Positions 27,294 through 37,876 are shown, counted from the stretch's first letter. The stretch is 64,000 nucleotides of DNA from Vicinamibacterales bacterium (GCA_035281225.1 DATEEI010000097.1:16496-80495), one strand, 5' to 3'. Program-made: numbers and translations. Notes: generated by a model not told the origin, from the letters alone.

Positions 27294-28708
27294 TTCAGAT
27301 TGTATTTCTTAGCGTAGTACCGGAACGACCGGTAGGGAATGCCCAGGAGCTCCGCGGCCTTCACCTGAACGCCGCCCGCCCGGGCGAGCGCCTGCGTAAT
27401 GTATTCCTTCTCGAGGCCTTCGACGTGCCTTTCGAGGTTGAAGCCGGACTCGGGCAGCAGGCCGGCGGCGGCTGGCCCTTTCGGCACCCGTTTGACGATG
27501 TGCTCGGGCAGGCTCTCAGGAAGAATCGCCTGGCTCTTCTCCAGGGCGACCGATCGTTCGATCACGTTTTCCAGCTCGCGGATGTTGCCCGGCCACTCGT
27601 AGGCCTCGAGCAGATCGATGGCGGTCTGGGACAGCGCGTGAATGTTCTTGCCCATCTGATCCCGATACTTCACCAGGAAGTAATCGGCCAGCAGCAGGAT
27701 GTCTTCGACCCGTTCCCGGAGCGGCGGAAGGTGAATCGGAATGACGTTGATTCGATAGAACAGGTCTTCGCGAAACTTTCCTTCGGCGACCATTCTGGCG
27801 AGATCCTGGTTCGTGGCTGCAATGACACGCATGGCCACGTCGAGCTCTTCGACCCCGCCCAGCCTGCGGAACTTGCGTTCCTGAAGCACGCGAAGGAGCT
27901 TCACCTGCATCAGCGGGTTCATTTCCCCAATCTCGTCGAGAAAGAGCGTACCGCCCTCAGCGGATTCGATCAGGCCTTTCTTATTCACAGTGGCGCCGGT
28001 GAAGGCGCCTTTCATGTGCCCGAACAGCTCCGACTCGAGCAGCGTCTCCGGAATGGCGCCGCAGTTGACAGCGACGAACGGACGATCGCGCTTCAGCGAA
28101 TAGAAGTGAATGGCGCGCGCCACCCATTCCTTCCCGGTGCCCGACTCACCGGTAATGAGGACCGTGCTGTCGGTCCGCGCGATCTGCTCGATCAGCTTGA
28201 ACACGTCGAGCATCTTCTCGCTGCGGCCAACGATGTTGGCAAACTGGTGCGTCGTCCCAAGCGCGCGCTTGAGGAGCACGTTCTCCTGCCGCAGCTGGCG
28301 CTGCTCGAGCGCGTTGCGAACCTTGATCTTCAGTTCGTCGACGTCGAAAGGTTTGCTCAGGTAATCGTGAGCGCCGAGGCGCATGGCCTCTATAGCCGTG
28401 TCGGCCGCCGCGAAGGCTGTAATCATGACGACGAGAATGTCCTGATCGATCCGCTTTGCAGCGCGAAGGACATCGACGCCGCTCATGTCGGGCATCTTGA
28501 CGTCAGAAATCAACAGATCGAACCGCGACCGTTCGAGCTGCTCGATGCCCAATTGACCGCTCTCCGCAACCGTCACGTCGTAGCCTTCGCGGCGCAGGAC
28601 GATCGACAATAGCTCGCGCATCGATCGCTCATCGTCCACGACGAGTAGCCGAGCCTGTGCAACCTGCGTCTTCACCGCCGTGCCGTTTTCCACTTCGGGC
28701 TGATTCAC
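27290..28708 (-). CDS. pilR: sigma-54-dependent response regulator PilR
   Basis: 472 aa, GTG start. Receiver ([13 protein letters not shown]), [14 protein letters not shown], and a C-terminal HTH ([20 protein letters not shown]). Directly downstream of pilS. Confidence 0.9.
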
Positions 28709-28722
28709 GTTTGCGTCACCAC

Positions 28723-28781
28723 GGTCCGGCTAAAGCCGGACACTACGAACATGGGTCCGGCTAAAGCCGGACACTACGAAC
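28723..28781. repeat. tandem 31-bp-period duplication of the pilS 3' end (28-bp unit ggtccggctaaagccggacactacgaac x2), each copy holding a hairpin
   Basis: Identical units at 28723-28750 and 28754-28781. On the minus strand each reads GTTCGTAGTGTCCGGCTTTAGCCGGACC (VRSVRL-stop) with stem GTCCGGC/GCCGGAC and loop TTTA. The pilS stop codon TAG spans the loop's last two nucleotides (TA) and the first G of the 3' stem arm. Confidence 0.9.
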
Positions 28782-30434
28782 TTCACGCACTGGCAGGCGG
28801 ACAGACACCGTCGTGCCGCGGCCTGGGGTCGAACTGACCTGGATTTCACCACCATAGTCGCTGACGATACGGTGCACGATCGCCAGACCGAGGCCGGTCC
28901 CTTTCGAGAACGAGCCCCGGAAGGGCTGGAAGATCGCGTCCAGCTCATCGGCGGGAATACCCACGCCTTCATCCGCCACGTCGAGCACGACCGTATCGTG
29001 ACCGTCGTCGGCTCCAGGCTGAATGCGAGCGCCGAGAATCAAACGGCCGCCGCTGCGCATGGCGCGAAGGCCGTTGGTCGCAAGATTCCACACGATCTGC
29101 CGAATCTGATTCTCGTCGGCCTCGAACCCCACGTCGGTCGCCGGAACCTGCACTTCGATAATGTGGCCTTCCTGTACTTCGGAGCTGTTCCGGAGCAGCA
29201 GAGCGGCATCGTTGAGGACCCGCCGGACATCAAACCGTGCCGTCGACAACCGCTGGGGACGCGCGTAGGCCAGAAACGATGAGATCGTGGCGTTGAGGCG
29301 CTCCGATTCACGCAGGACGATATCCATCAGCTGTGCCTGCTCGTCGGTGAGAGGCAGCTCCTGGCGAAGAATCTGGATCGAGCCCGACATCGACGCGAGC
29401 GGGTTCCGAATCTCGTGAGCGATGCCGGCCGCCATTTCTCCGACGGCGGCCAGACGCTGACGAAGCCTCGCTTCGCGCTCCAGCCTCTTGAAGTCCGTCA
29501 CATCCTGGAACGCAAACAGCAACCCGGCGTTTCCGCCCGGCGTCTGCAACTGCGTGGCGGTGAACCCCAACTCGATCTGCCGTCGGTCGCCGGTGCGATA
29601 GGGCGCCTCGATGCGGCGGCCGCGTCCTTCTGCGGCGCCCTGACGCAGATCGGTCGCAACAGGAGGCGGTAGCTCCAGGACATCCTCGATGCGACGACCG
29701 ATAACGGAAAGCGCCGAATGACCGGTGATCGTCTCAGCCGCCCGGTTGAAGCTGACGATGCGGCCGAGCCGATCGGTAGTCGCAAGGCCGCTCGCGAGGC
29801 TGTCGATGACATGCTGATTGAATGCCTGCAGATCGGCGATTTGACTCGACGCCTGTTCGAGCCGCGCGCCCGCGCGCTGCAATCGATAGGCGAGCGAGCC
29901 GCTGAGAAACGCGATCGAGAAAAACAGAAAGACATTCAGGCCGGTCGTATAAGCGACGATGCGGCGCGGCGGCAGCGCGCCTTCGTGCCCAAGGAGCGGT
30001 AGGCCCATGAGGCCGGCGAGTCCGAAATACTGCATCACCACGATGCCAACATAGAGCAGCGCGCTGAGCGTCGCGATCATCACGCCGCCGCGGCGGGACT
30101 GCACGCTGCTGGCGGCAGCGATGGGCAGCACGTACAGCGCGGCGAAGTAGCTGGTGAGACCTCCCGTGACGGTAATGAAACCCGAGACGACGATCGCGTC
30201 GCAGGCAAGCTGAACGTCGACGACCCACCGATAGCGCTCGGCCCAATTCAACGTCAGGAGCCACAGGACGTTGAGCGCAAACGTCAGACCGATGAGTACA
30301 AAGAGGGGTTCGCCAGGAAAATCGGCAGGTGACGTGAGCTGGACGAACACCGCCGAGCCGAGCAGCAGCGTGCTGATGCCGACGCGAATCGCGATCAGCC
30401 AGAAGAGTTTGCGACGAATGTCGCGCTCCTGCAC
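28761..30434 (-). CDS. pilS: sensor histidine kinase PilS
   Basis: 557 aa. Six N-terminal TM helices of PilS type, a PAS domain, H-box AHEIRNPLASMSGS and an HATPase_c domain (DEGVGI, GTGLGLAIV). Confidence 0.88.
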   Translation of the reverse strand: MQERDIRRKLFWLIAIRVGISTLLLGSAVFVQLTSPADFPGEPLFVLIGLTFALNVLWLLTLNWAERYRWVVDVQLACDAIVVSGFITVTGGLTSYFAALYVLPIAAASSVQSRRGGVMIATLSALLYVGIVVMQYFGLAGLMGLPLLGHEGALPPRRIVAYTTGLNVFLFFSIAFLSGSLAYRLQRAGARLEQASSQIADLQAFNQHVIDSLASGLATTDRLGRIVSFNRAAETITGHSALSVIGRRIEDVLELPPPVATDLRQGAAEGRGRRIEAPYRTGDRRQIELGFTATQLQTPGGNAGLLFAFQDVTDFKRLEREARLRQRLAAVGEMAAGIAHEIRNPLASMSGSIQILRQELPLTDEQAQLMDIVLRESERLNATISSFLAYARPQRLSTARFDVRRVLNDAALLLRNSSEVQEGHIIEVQVPATDVGFEADENQIRQIVWNLATNGLRAMRSGGRLILGARIQPGADDGHDTVVLDVADEGVGIPADELDAIFQPFRGSFSKGTGLGLAIVHRIVSDYGGEIQVSSTPGRGTTVSVRLPVREVRSVRL

Positions 30435-30442
30435 CGATGCTC

Positions 30443-31675
30443 CTAGACCAGCTTGCTGATCAAATCGAAGATGGGCAGGTACATCGCAATGACGATGCCT
30501 CCGACGGCTCCGCCGAGGAATGCGATCATGATCGGCTCGAGTAACGTGAGGAGGCCCGCCACCGCCGTGTCAACTTCCTCCTCGTAGAAGTCGGCGATCT
30601 TGGCCAGCATCGTGTCGAGCGCACCGGTGGTTTCGCCGACCGCAATCATCTGCGTCACCATCGGAGGAAAGACCCCTGTTTCCTTCAGCGGGGCCGAAAT
30701 CGTCTCGCCGCGTTCGATGCTCGTCCGCGTCACCTGGATAGCGGCCTCGATCACCGAATTGCCCGACGTCCGCGCGGTAATGTCGAGACCGTCGAGAATC
30801 GGCACGCCGGAGCTCAAGAGCGTTGACAGCGTTCGGCAGAACCGCGCCACGGCGATCTTGCGCATTAGGAGGCCCAGCACCGGCAGCTTCAATGTGATGG
30901 CGTCGATCTGGTGTCGCCCGGCCACGGTCGCATAGTACGCCTTGAACCCCCAGCCGATCGCGACGATGCCAACGATGATGAATGGCATGAAGCTGACGAG
31001 AAAATCACTGAGCCAGATGACGATGCGCGTCGGCAGCGGCAGCTCGGCGCCGAGGCCCGCAAACAGGGCCGCGAAGGTGGGAATGACCTTCCAGAGAATG
31101 ACGCCGACGACGACCACGGCAATCACGATGACCGCGATCGGATAGATCATCGCGGACTTGACCTGGCCCTTGAGCTTGACGGCCTTCTCGATATAGGTCG
31201 CAAGCCGCTTCAGAATCGTGTCGAGAATACCGCCGGCTTCGCCCGCTGCGATCATGTTCGTAAAAAGCGGGTCGAAGACCTTCGGGTGCTTCTTCATCGC
31301 ATCGGCCAGCGATGCGCCGCTCTCGACGTCCTCACGCGTAACCAAAATCGTCTCAGCGAAGTTCTTGTCTTCCTCCTGCGATCCAAGGATCTGGAGACAT
31401 TGCACGAGCGGGAGGCCGGCATCGATCATGACCGAGAACTGCCGCACGAACACGGCCAGGTTCTTCGGGTTGACCTTCTTACCCACCTTTCCCTTCTTCG
31501 GAGTGGCGGCCGCTTTCTCCTTCCCACCCTCCCGCTCTTTCGCGGGCGCGATGCGGGTGACCATCACCTGCTCGCGGCGCAACGCCGCAACTGCCGCGTC
31601 GGCAGTGTCGGCGATGCGCTCGCCGCTGATGGTCTCTCCTCCGCGTGTCCGTCCCGAAAAGGCAAACGTCGGCAT
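30443..31675 (-). CDS. pilC: type IV pilus inner-membrane platform protein PilC (GspF family)
   Basis: 410 aa with two GspF-type repeats and three TM segments. Sits between pilT and pilS. Confidence 0.93.
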   Translation of the reverse strand: MPTFAFSGRTRGGETISGERIADTADAAVAALRREQVMVTRIAPAKEREGGKEKAAATPKKGKVGKKVNPKNLAVFVRQFSVMIDAGLPLVQCLQILGSQEEDKNFAETILVTREDVESGASLADAMKKHPKVFDPLFTNMIAAGEAGGILDTILKRLATYIEKAVKLKGQVKSAMIYPIAVIVIAVVVVGVILWKVIPTFAALFAGLGAELPLPTRIVIWLSDFLVSFMPFIIVGIVAIGWGFKAYYATVAGRHQIDAITLKLPVLGLLMRKIAVARFCRTLSTLLSSGVPILDGLDITARTSGNSVIEAAIQVTRTSIERGETISAPLKETGVFPPMVTQMIAVGETTGALDTMLAKIADFYEEEVDTAVAGLLTLLEPIMIAFLGGAVGGIVIAMYLPIFDLISKLV

Positions 31676-31679
31676 ACGG

Positions 31680-32825
31680 CTATCTCCTTACGGTCGTCCC
31701 AGGCATTGGAGGACGCATGCCAGGCCGTGGGCCGAGACCGGCGCCCTGCACGACTCCGACACCCCGCGTAATCATCTGATCCAGCTCATCCTTCAGCGAC
31801 GAAGCTGTCATCGCCGCTTCCATCGTGACCTGCTTGCTTATGTACAGGCTGGCCAGTGACTGGTTGAAGGTCTGCGTGCCCAATTTTTCCTGGCCCGCCT
31901 GCATCGACGAATAGATCTGGTGGATCTTGTCCTCGCGGATCAAGTTTCGAATCGCCGGCGTCGGTATGAGAATTTCCTGCGCGACCACACGGCCGTGACC
32001 GCCCACCTTCGGCAGCAGCGCCTGACAGACGATGCCCTCGAGCACCAGCGACAGCTGTGTACGGATCTGTGACTGCTGGTGTGACGGGAACATGTCGATG
32101 ATGCGGTTGATCGTCTGCGCCGCCGAGTTGGTATGCAGCGTGCCGAACGTCAAATGGCCCGTCTCGGCGATGCGTAGCGCCGCCTCGGTCGTTTCGAGAT
32201 CGCGCAACTCGCCGATGAGGACGATATCGGGATCCTCTCGAAGAGCGGCGCGCAGCGCCTCGGTGAACCCGTGCGTGTCGCTGTGCACCTCGCGCTGGTT
32301 GACGAGACAGCCCTTGTGCTGGTGGATGTACTCGATCGGATCCTCGATCGTGAGAATGTGCTCGTTCCGCTCGCTGTTGATCTTGTCGATCATCGCGGCC
32401 AGCGTCGTCGATTTGCCGCTGCCCGTCGGACCGGTGACCAGCACGAGGCCGCGCGGCCGCTCGGCGAGCGTGGCAAGGACCTGCGGCAACCCCAGTTCCT
32501 TGAACCCTTTGATCTGCTCGGGAATCAGCCGATAGACGGCGCCGACGGCGCCACGCTGGTTGAAGACGTTCGAGCGGAAGCGGGCGATCCCTCGGATGCC
32601 GAAAGAGAAGTCGAGCTCCAACGCCTCTTCGAAGCGCTTCTTCTGCGCGTCGGTCATGACGCTATAGGCCAGCTGCTTGGTTTCGGTCGGCGTCAGATCG
32701 GGCAGTTCCAGCCGCCTGAGCTTGCCGTGGACGCGGATCTGCGGTGGCGAGCTGATCGCCAGATGGAGGTCCGAGCCCTCCAGGTCGACTGTCATCTTGA
32801 GCAATTCAGGCAATGTTGGTGGCAT
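31680..32825 (-). CDS. pilT: twitching motility retraction ATPase PilT
   Basis: 381 aa. Walker A GPTGSGKST and the PilT-specific AIRNLIREDKIHQI motif. Confidence 0.93.
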   Translation of the reverse strand: MPPTLPELLKMTVDLEGSDLHLAISSPPQIRVHGKLRRLELPDLTPTETKQLAYSVMTDAQKKRFEEALELDFSFGIRGIARFRSNVFNQRGAVGAVYRLIPEQIKGFKELGLPQVLATLAERPRGLVLVTGPTGSGKSTTLAAMIDKINSERNEHILTIEDPIEYIHQHKGCLVNQREVHSDTHGFTEALRAALREDPDIVLIGELRDLETTEAALRIAETGHLTFGTLHTNSAAQTINRIIDMFPSHQQSQIRTQLSLVLEGIVCQALLPKVGGHGRVVAQEILIPTPAIRNLIREDKIHQIYSSMQAGQEKLGTQTFNQSLASLYISKQVTMEAAMTASSLKDELDQMITRGVGVVQGAGLGPRPGMRPPMPGTTVRR

Positions 32826-32840
32826 AGGTTCCCTTCGCTC

Positions 32841-34598
32841 TCATTTCACCGTTTCCCGCGCAACCTCTTCTATCGTCGTGAGGCCTTCTTTGACTTTACG
32901 GAGCCCGCTCATCCGGAGGGTGAGCATCCCTTCCTCGATGGCCTTCCGGCGCAACTCGAGGCCAGACGCGCCCACGAGCACGAGCTCGCGGAGCTCATCG
33001 GTAATGTCCATCACTTCGTACAAGCCGGCGCGTCCCTTGTAGCCGGTGTTGTTGCACTTCGAGCAGCCCTTGCCCATTTTAGGGACCACCGACTGGGCGT
33101 CTTCAGCTGAAAACCCTGCCTGCACGAGCGCCTGCGCAGGCATGGGGTGATCGGTCTTGCAGTTCGTACAGATGCGGCGCACGAGACGCTGCGCGCAAAT
33201 CAGGTTGACCGAGCTCGCGACAAGGAATGGCTCGATGCCCATGTTCATCAACCGGTTGATCGTGCTCGGCGCGTCGTTGGTGTGAAGCGTGGAGAGCACG
33301 AGGTGGCCGGTGAGCGCCGCCTTGACGGCAATCTCGGCCGTTTCGAAGTCTCGGATTTCGCCGACGAGGATGATGTTGGGATCCTGACGGAGAAACGATC
33401 GAAGCGCAGCAGCGAAGTTCAACCCGATGTTCTCCCGCACCTGCACTTGGTTGATGCCGGGCAGGTTGAACTCGACCGGATCCTCCGCCGTCATGATGTT
33501 CGTTTCCGGCGTGTTGATTTTGGCGATCGACGAGTAGAGCGTGTTGGTCTTGCCGCTGCCGGTGGGGCCTGTGACGAGCACCATCCCCCACGGCCGCTGA
33601 ATCGCCGCCTCGAATTTCGTCAGCGACTCCTGCTCGAAGCCGAGCTTCGTCATGTCGAGCATCAGCTTGTCCTTGTCGAGCAGACGCATGACGATCTTTT
33701 CGCCGAACAGCGTCGGCAGACAGGAGACGCGGAAATCGATGTCTTTCGAATTACCGTTGTCCGAGTACCGAATCTTGATGCGGCCGTCCTGCGGCAGGCG
33801 CTTCTCGGCGATGTCGAGCTTCGCCATGATCTTGATGCGCGACGTGATCGCGTCGCGCATCTTCATGGGTGGCGCCATGATGTTGTAGAGAATGCCGTCG
33901 ACGCGATAGCGGACGCGGAACTCCTTTTCGTACGGCTCGATGTGGATGTCGCTCGCACCCTTTTGGATGGCCGACATCAGCACGACGTTCACCAGCTTGA
34001 TGACCGGCGCCTCCCCGCCCTGCTTCTCGAGCGACTCGGCGCTGATCTCCTCCATTTCCTGGAGGACTTCGACGTCGTCGGCGCCGGCGATGGACATCTC
34101 CTCCATCGACTTGGTCGCAATCTCGAGCGCGCTCGGTCCGCCCCCGAATCCGCCGGCCGACACGGCCTTCGTCGCGACCGAGTAGTAGCGCGTGATCGAG
34201 TCTGCGACCGCCGTCTCGGAGGCGACCACCGGCTCCACGTTGTAGCCCGTCATGAACTTGATGTCATCCATGGCGAACACGTTGGTGGGGTCGGTCATGG
34301 CGATCGTGAGCGTCGCCCCCGATCGGCTGAGCGGAATGATCTGGTATTTCTGTGCGGTCTCGGATGGGATCAGCTTGATGACGGCCGGATCGATCTCGAA
34401 CTGCGTCAGATTGATAGACGGAACGCCGTACTGCTTGCTGAGGAGAGCGGTGATCTCCTCGTCCTTGACGATGCCGAGTTTGACCAACGTGAAGGCGAGC
34501 TTCCCCCCATTAGCCTTTTGATAATTCAAGGCGTCCTGAAGCTGATCAGGCGTGATCCGCTTTTCTTTTAGAAGAATTTCGCCGATGCGAACGGCCAT
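32841..34598 (-). CDS. pilB: type IV pilus assembly ATPase PilB (GspE family)
   Basis: 585 aa. N-terminal T2SSE_N domain, Walker A GPTGSGKTNT and a tetracysteine motif CTNCK..CSKCNNTGYKGR. Confidence 0.93.
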   Translation of the reverse strand: MAVRIGEILLKEKRITPDQLQDALNYQKANGGKLAFTLVKLGIVKDEEITALLSKQYGVPSINLTQFEIDPAVIKLIPSETAQKYQIIPLSRSGATLTIAMTDPTNVFAMDDIKFMTGYNVEPVVASETAVADSITRYYSVATKAVSAGGFGGGPSALEIATKSMEEMSIAGADDVEVLQEMEEISAESLEKQGGEAPVIKLVNVVLMSAIQKGASDIHIEPYEKEFRVRYRVDGILYNIMAPPMKMRDAITSRIKIMAKLDIAEKRLPQDGRIKIRYSDNGNSKDIDFRVSCLPTLFGEKIVMRLLDKDKLMLDMTKLGFEQESLTKFEAAIQRPWGMVLVTGPTGSGKTNTLYSSIAKINTPETNIMTAEDPVEFNLPGINQVQVRENIGLNFAAALRSFLRQDPNIILVGEIRDFETAEIAVKAALTGHLVLSTLHTNDAPSTINRLMNMGIEPFLVASSVNLICAQRLVRRICTNCKTDHPMPAQALVQAGFSAEDAQSVVPKMGKGCSKCNNTGYKGRAGLYEVMDITDELRELVLVGASGLELRRKAIEEGMLTLRMSGLRKVKEGLTTIEEVARETVK

Positions 34599-34638
34599 CT
34601 CGTATCCATAATTATGACATTTATTGTCATTTAGTGAC

Positions 34639-35574
34639 TTAAAATGTTACTCTCACCCCTGCGCCCCACTCTGTCTCACCTTCACCGCGCGGCTTGGTCA
34701 TCTGACCTTCCGCAAAGACAGAACGAGGGAGTCTGACGGTCAAACCTCCCGAAAAGGCGCGATGCTCCTTGTTCAACATGTTCCATCGCAGCCCGACTCG
34801 GGCCCCAACCCGCCCTCCCGAGAGCCAATACTCTCCCCCAACCGCTGCCATCCGCAGATCGGCGGTCTCACCGGGCGTCTTCGTCAGATCGGCGTCAAAA
34901 GCCACTGAAAACGGCCCATGAAGTCCCGCCGGCAGTGACCTGGGCGCCAGCGCCAGGCCGGCACGAACCTGTCGCGTCATGGCCACCGATCCGTGCTGCC
35001 CTTCAAACTCGGGCTTTCGAAGATTCCTTCCAGAAATCCCGGCACGGAGGCTGCCCACCGACACGAGTGCCCCTGCATCCAAGTCCACGGTCGTCCGGGA
35101 CTCGAAAGCCTCACCCCCTCCTCTGACCAGTCGCGCAGTTGTTCCGATAACAAGCCCGGATACAACACTTTGCACAAACGTGACCCCGATATTTGAGGTC
35201 GTGAGAGGACGGACGTGCACCTTCCCCGATCCCTCGTTTTGTCGGTCAGGTGGGGCTTGAACTGTATGTGTGCGATAGAAGCTCAGACCCAGAACGGGCA
35301 TCGTCGCGCCTACGAACAGCTGCGAACCGGCCTCGCTGGGGTCTAAACCGAGCGCCCGTGAGGGCGTCGGGCCTCCCGATATCTGAAAATCGAAGTTCGC
35401 TCCGGTCGCGATACCGGCCGGATTCCAGTAGATCGCGCTGGCGTCATCGGCAACCGCCACAAAGGCGCCTCCCATGCCCTCGGCGCGAGTACCGATACCT
35501 CCGAAGGTTTGGGCGGCTACTGAAGTTGAAAGTGCGAAGAGTAACAAGAGCGCCAAAGCAGCGACTGTACGCAT
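34639..35574 (-). CDS. outer-membrane beta-barrel protein (PorV/TraF_2/FadL-like N-terminal motif)
   Basis: 311 aa. Signal peptide ..STSVAA|QTFGG, motif AEGMGGAFVAVADDASAIYWNPAG, alternating beta-strand pattern and a C-terminal ..GVRVTF. Confidence 0.7.
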   Translation of the reverse strand: MRTVAALALLLLFALSTSVAAQTFGGIGTRAEGMGGAFVAVADDASAIYWNPAGIATGANFDFQISGGPTPSRALGLDPSEAGSQLFVGATMPVLGLSFYRTHTVQAPPDRQNEGSGKVHVRPLTTSNIGVTFVQSVVSGLVIGTTARLVRGGGEAFESRTTVDLDAGALVSVGSLRAGISGRNLRKPEFEGQHGSVAMTRQVRAGLALAPRSLPAGLHGPFSVAFDADLTKTPGETADLRMAAVGGEYWLSGGRVGARVGLRWNMLNKEHRAFSGGLTVRLPRSVFAEGQMTKPRGEGETEWGAGVRVTF

Positions 35575-35634
35575 GCTCGAAGTTTACCGCTCTGGACAGC
35601 GATAGCTGGCACGAGCGCGTCCCGCTTCGGTAGA

Positions 35635-37113
35635 ATGCCCGTCGTGCGTGCATTCGTGAGATTTGTCGTCGAACTGACCCTCACGACGGTCGCTCTGACC
35701 ATTGCGCCTTTCTACTCCATCCAGTCCAAAGCCGCACTCATCGATCCCGACATCTGGTGGCACATCCGGCTGGGAGACTGGATTGCCTCGCATCGCGGTG
35801 TGCCGAGCGTTGGCGTTTTGTCCCAGCACTTCGAGCGACCATGGGTGGCATATAGCTGGGGGTTCGACCTGCTCGTATCCGCCGTGCACCGCTTCTATGG
35901 GCTTCCAGGCATCGTCGGATTTCTAATCTGCTTCCAGGTTCTGATTTCCCTTGTCTTTCTCGTGGCGATCCGGCACCTAGCCGGCAACCCCTGGTGGTCC
36001 TGGCTCATCGGCGCACTCTCGATTTACGCGTTCTACATCAACCCTCTTCGCCCGGGGCTGTTTACGCTCCTCTTCTTCACGCTCGAACTACTCGTGATCT
36101 TCGACGCCGAGCGTCGAGCGGATGACAGGCGACTGCTCTGGATGGGTCCCCTGTTCATGTTGTGGGCGAACTTTCACATCCAATTCGTCTACGGGCTGTT
36201 CGTGTTCGGTCTGTACGTGGCAGCGCGGCTGGCCGCCGGCTATCGAGAGACATCAGCCTCCGCTACGGGCCCGCGCGCCCTATTGCTAGGCTCACTCGTT
36301 CTGGCGGCCGCCTGTTCGTGCATCGGGCCTAACGGCGTCACGCTGTACAAGGTCGCGTTCAACTTCGCCGCGCATCCTGCGATCTATCAGGTCATTCAGG
36401 AACTGTCGGCGATGAACTTTCGACGGCCCGAGCACTACGTGCAGCTGTTGCTCCTGATGGCCGCGTGCTTTGCCGCGGGGCGGTCGCGCCGCATCGATCT
36501 ATTTCTGCCGCTGCTCCTGGTCGTGACAGCATTCGTGTCGTTCCGCTCGTTGCGGGACTCCTGGTTCGTGTCTATCGCCGCAGGCTTCGTCCTTGCCGAA
36601 AGCGCGAGAGGCGGAGCGCGCAAATCAGGGATCAACCCGGCAGGAGCGCAGCCGCTGGTTCGTCCGGCGATTCAGTACGCACTTGCCGCAGTGTTAGCGA
36701 TAGGTGCGTCATTCGTCATGGTGACACGGCAAGGCATCACTATGCCGGCGCTGGCAGCTGTGATCGATCGGGTGTATCCCCTTCGTGCGACGGACTTCAT
36801 CAGGGAATCCGGATTGAAGGGCCCGATGTATAACGACTTCAACTGGGGTGGGTTCCTCATCTATCGTCTGCCGAATCACCCTGTCTCGATGGATTCCCGC
36901 ACCGATCTGTACGGCGACGAACTTCTCGCGCAATCTCGGAGGACCAACAATGCGACTCCAGGTTGGCAACAGGATCCGCATGTGACGCGCGCGAACTTCA
37001 TCCTCATACAAAACTGGTATCCCTTGGCCGCAGCGCTCGCAAACGACAGGCAGTTCCGGCTTGTGTACCGGGACCATATTGCCGTCATATTCGTGCGCGA
37101 ACCGCCCGGATAG
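35635..37113 (+). CDS. polytopic membrane protein of unknown function (possibly GT-C-like)
   Basis: 492 aa with about 12 TM helices. First loop LIDPDIWWHIRLGDWI and a soluble C-terminal domain. The exact start is uncertain: a TAGAAT -10-like hexamer overlaps the ATG. Confidence 0.55.
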   Translation: MPVVRAFVRFVVELTLTTVALTIAPFYSIQSKAALIDPDIWWHIRLGDWIASHRGVPSVGVLSQHFERPWVAYSWGFDLLVSAVHRFYGLPGIVGFLICFQVLISLVFLVAIRHLAGNPWWSWLIGALSIYAFYINPLRPGLFTLLFFTLELLVIFDAERRADDRRLLWMGPLFMLWANFHIQFVYGLFVFGLYVAARLAAGYRETSASATGPRALLLGSLVLAAACSCIGPNGVTLYKVAFNFAAHPAIYQVIQELSAMNFRRPEHYVQLLLLMAACFAAGRSRRIDLFLPLLLVVTAFVSFRSLRDSWFVSIAAGFVLAESARGGARKSGINPAGAQPLVRPAIQYALAAVLAIGASFVMVTRQGITMPALAAVIDRVYPLRATDFIRESGLKGPMYNDFNWGGFLIYRLPNHPVSMDSRTDLYGDELLAQSRRTNNATPGWQQDPHVTRANFILIQNWYPLAAALANDRQFRLVYRDHIAVIFVREPPG

Positions 37114-37156
37114 GTGAACTCCGGAACAAAGCGACTTTCGGGCTCGTCTTAGCCTT

Positions 37157-37876
37157 GTGACAAGTAAACTTTTGACTGACTCGCACAGTAATCCACTGCG
37201 GCGCCTGATCGGGATGGTGCGATCGCCGCGCGCAACCCTCACGAGCGCGATCGCGCGCCCGCGATCGCTCGAGCTCGCCGTGCTGATCGTCTCGATCTCT
37301 GCCGCCTGCAGCGTTGGTTTTCTTCTGACACAAGTCGGGCAGCTCGCTGCACTCGATCAACAAGTACGACAGCTCGAGTCATTCGGCGTGGTGGTGACCG
37401 AGGAGGCCTACGCGAATTTCCGCAGCTGGATACCGTATCGACCGGTCATCAGCGCAGCGGTCATCGTCGTTGGATGGCCAATCCTTTGGCTGGCCTTGGC
37501 CGGCATCCTGAAATCGGCCGGCGATCGGATGGGCGGCACCGCCAGCTTCGCGCAGGTGCTGACGGTTGTGGTGCACGCGTCGGCGATCTTCGCGCTCCGG
37601 TCGCTGATTGCCGCGCCCTTGAATTACGCGCGCGAGTCGATAGGCGGCGCGACCAGCTTGAGCGCGATCATGCCGGCCTTCGGCGAATCGACATTCCCGG
37701 CGAGGCTGCTCGGCGCGGCCGATATCTTCGTGCTCTGGTGGATGGTACTGGTAGCAATGGGACTCGGGATTCTGTATGCGACACGGACGCTGCCGATCGC
37801 GCGGTGGCTGCTCGGCGCGTACGCGGCGGGCGCAGTGGCGCTGGCGCTTACCCAGGCTTTGCGAGGAGGCATCTAG
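37157..37876 (+). CDS. Yip1-domain-like membrane protein
   Basis: 239 aa, GTG start, five predicted TM helices. Family assignment is by overall pattern only. Confidence 0.5.
   Translation: MTSKLLTDSHSNPLRRLIGMVRSPRATLTSAIARPRSLELAVLIVSISAACSVGFLLTQVGQLAALDQQVRQLESFGVVVTEEAYANFRSWIPYRPVISAAVIVVGWPILWLALAGILKSAGDRMGGTASFAQVLTVVVHASAIFALRSLIAAPLNYARESIGGATSLSAIMPAFGESTFPARLLGAADIFVLWWMVLVAMGLGILYATRTLPIARWLLGAYAAGAVALALTQALRGGI

Noticed and set aside
35607-35625. TGGCAC upstream of the 35635 membrane protein gene as a sigma-54 promoter
   Set aside because: No GC dinucleotide lies at the -12 position (the bases 10 nt after GG are tc), and there is no TTGC-like element.
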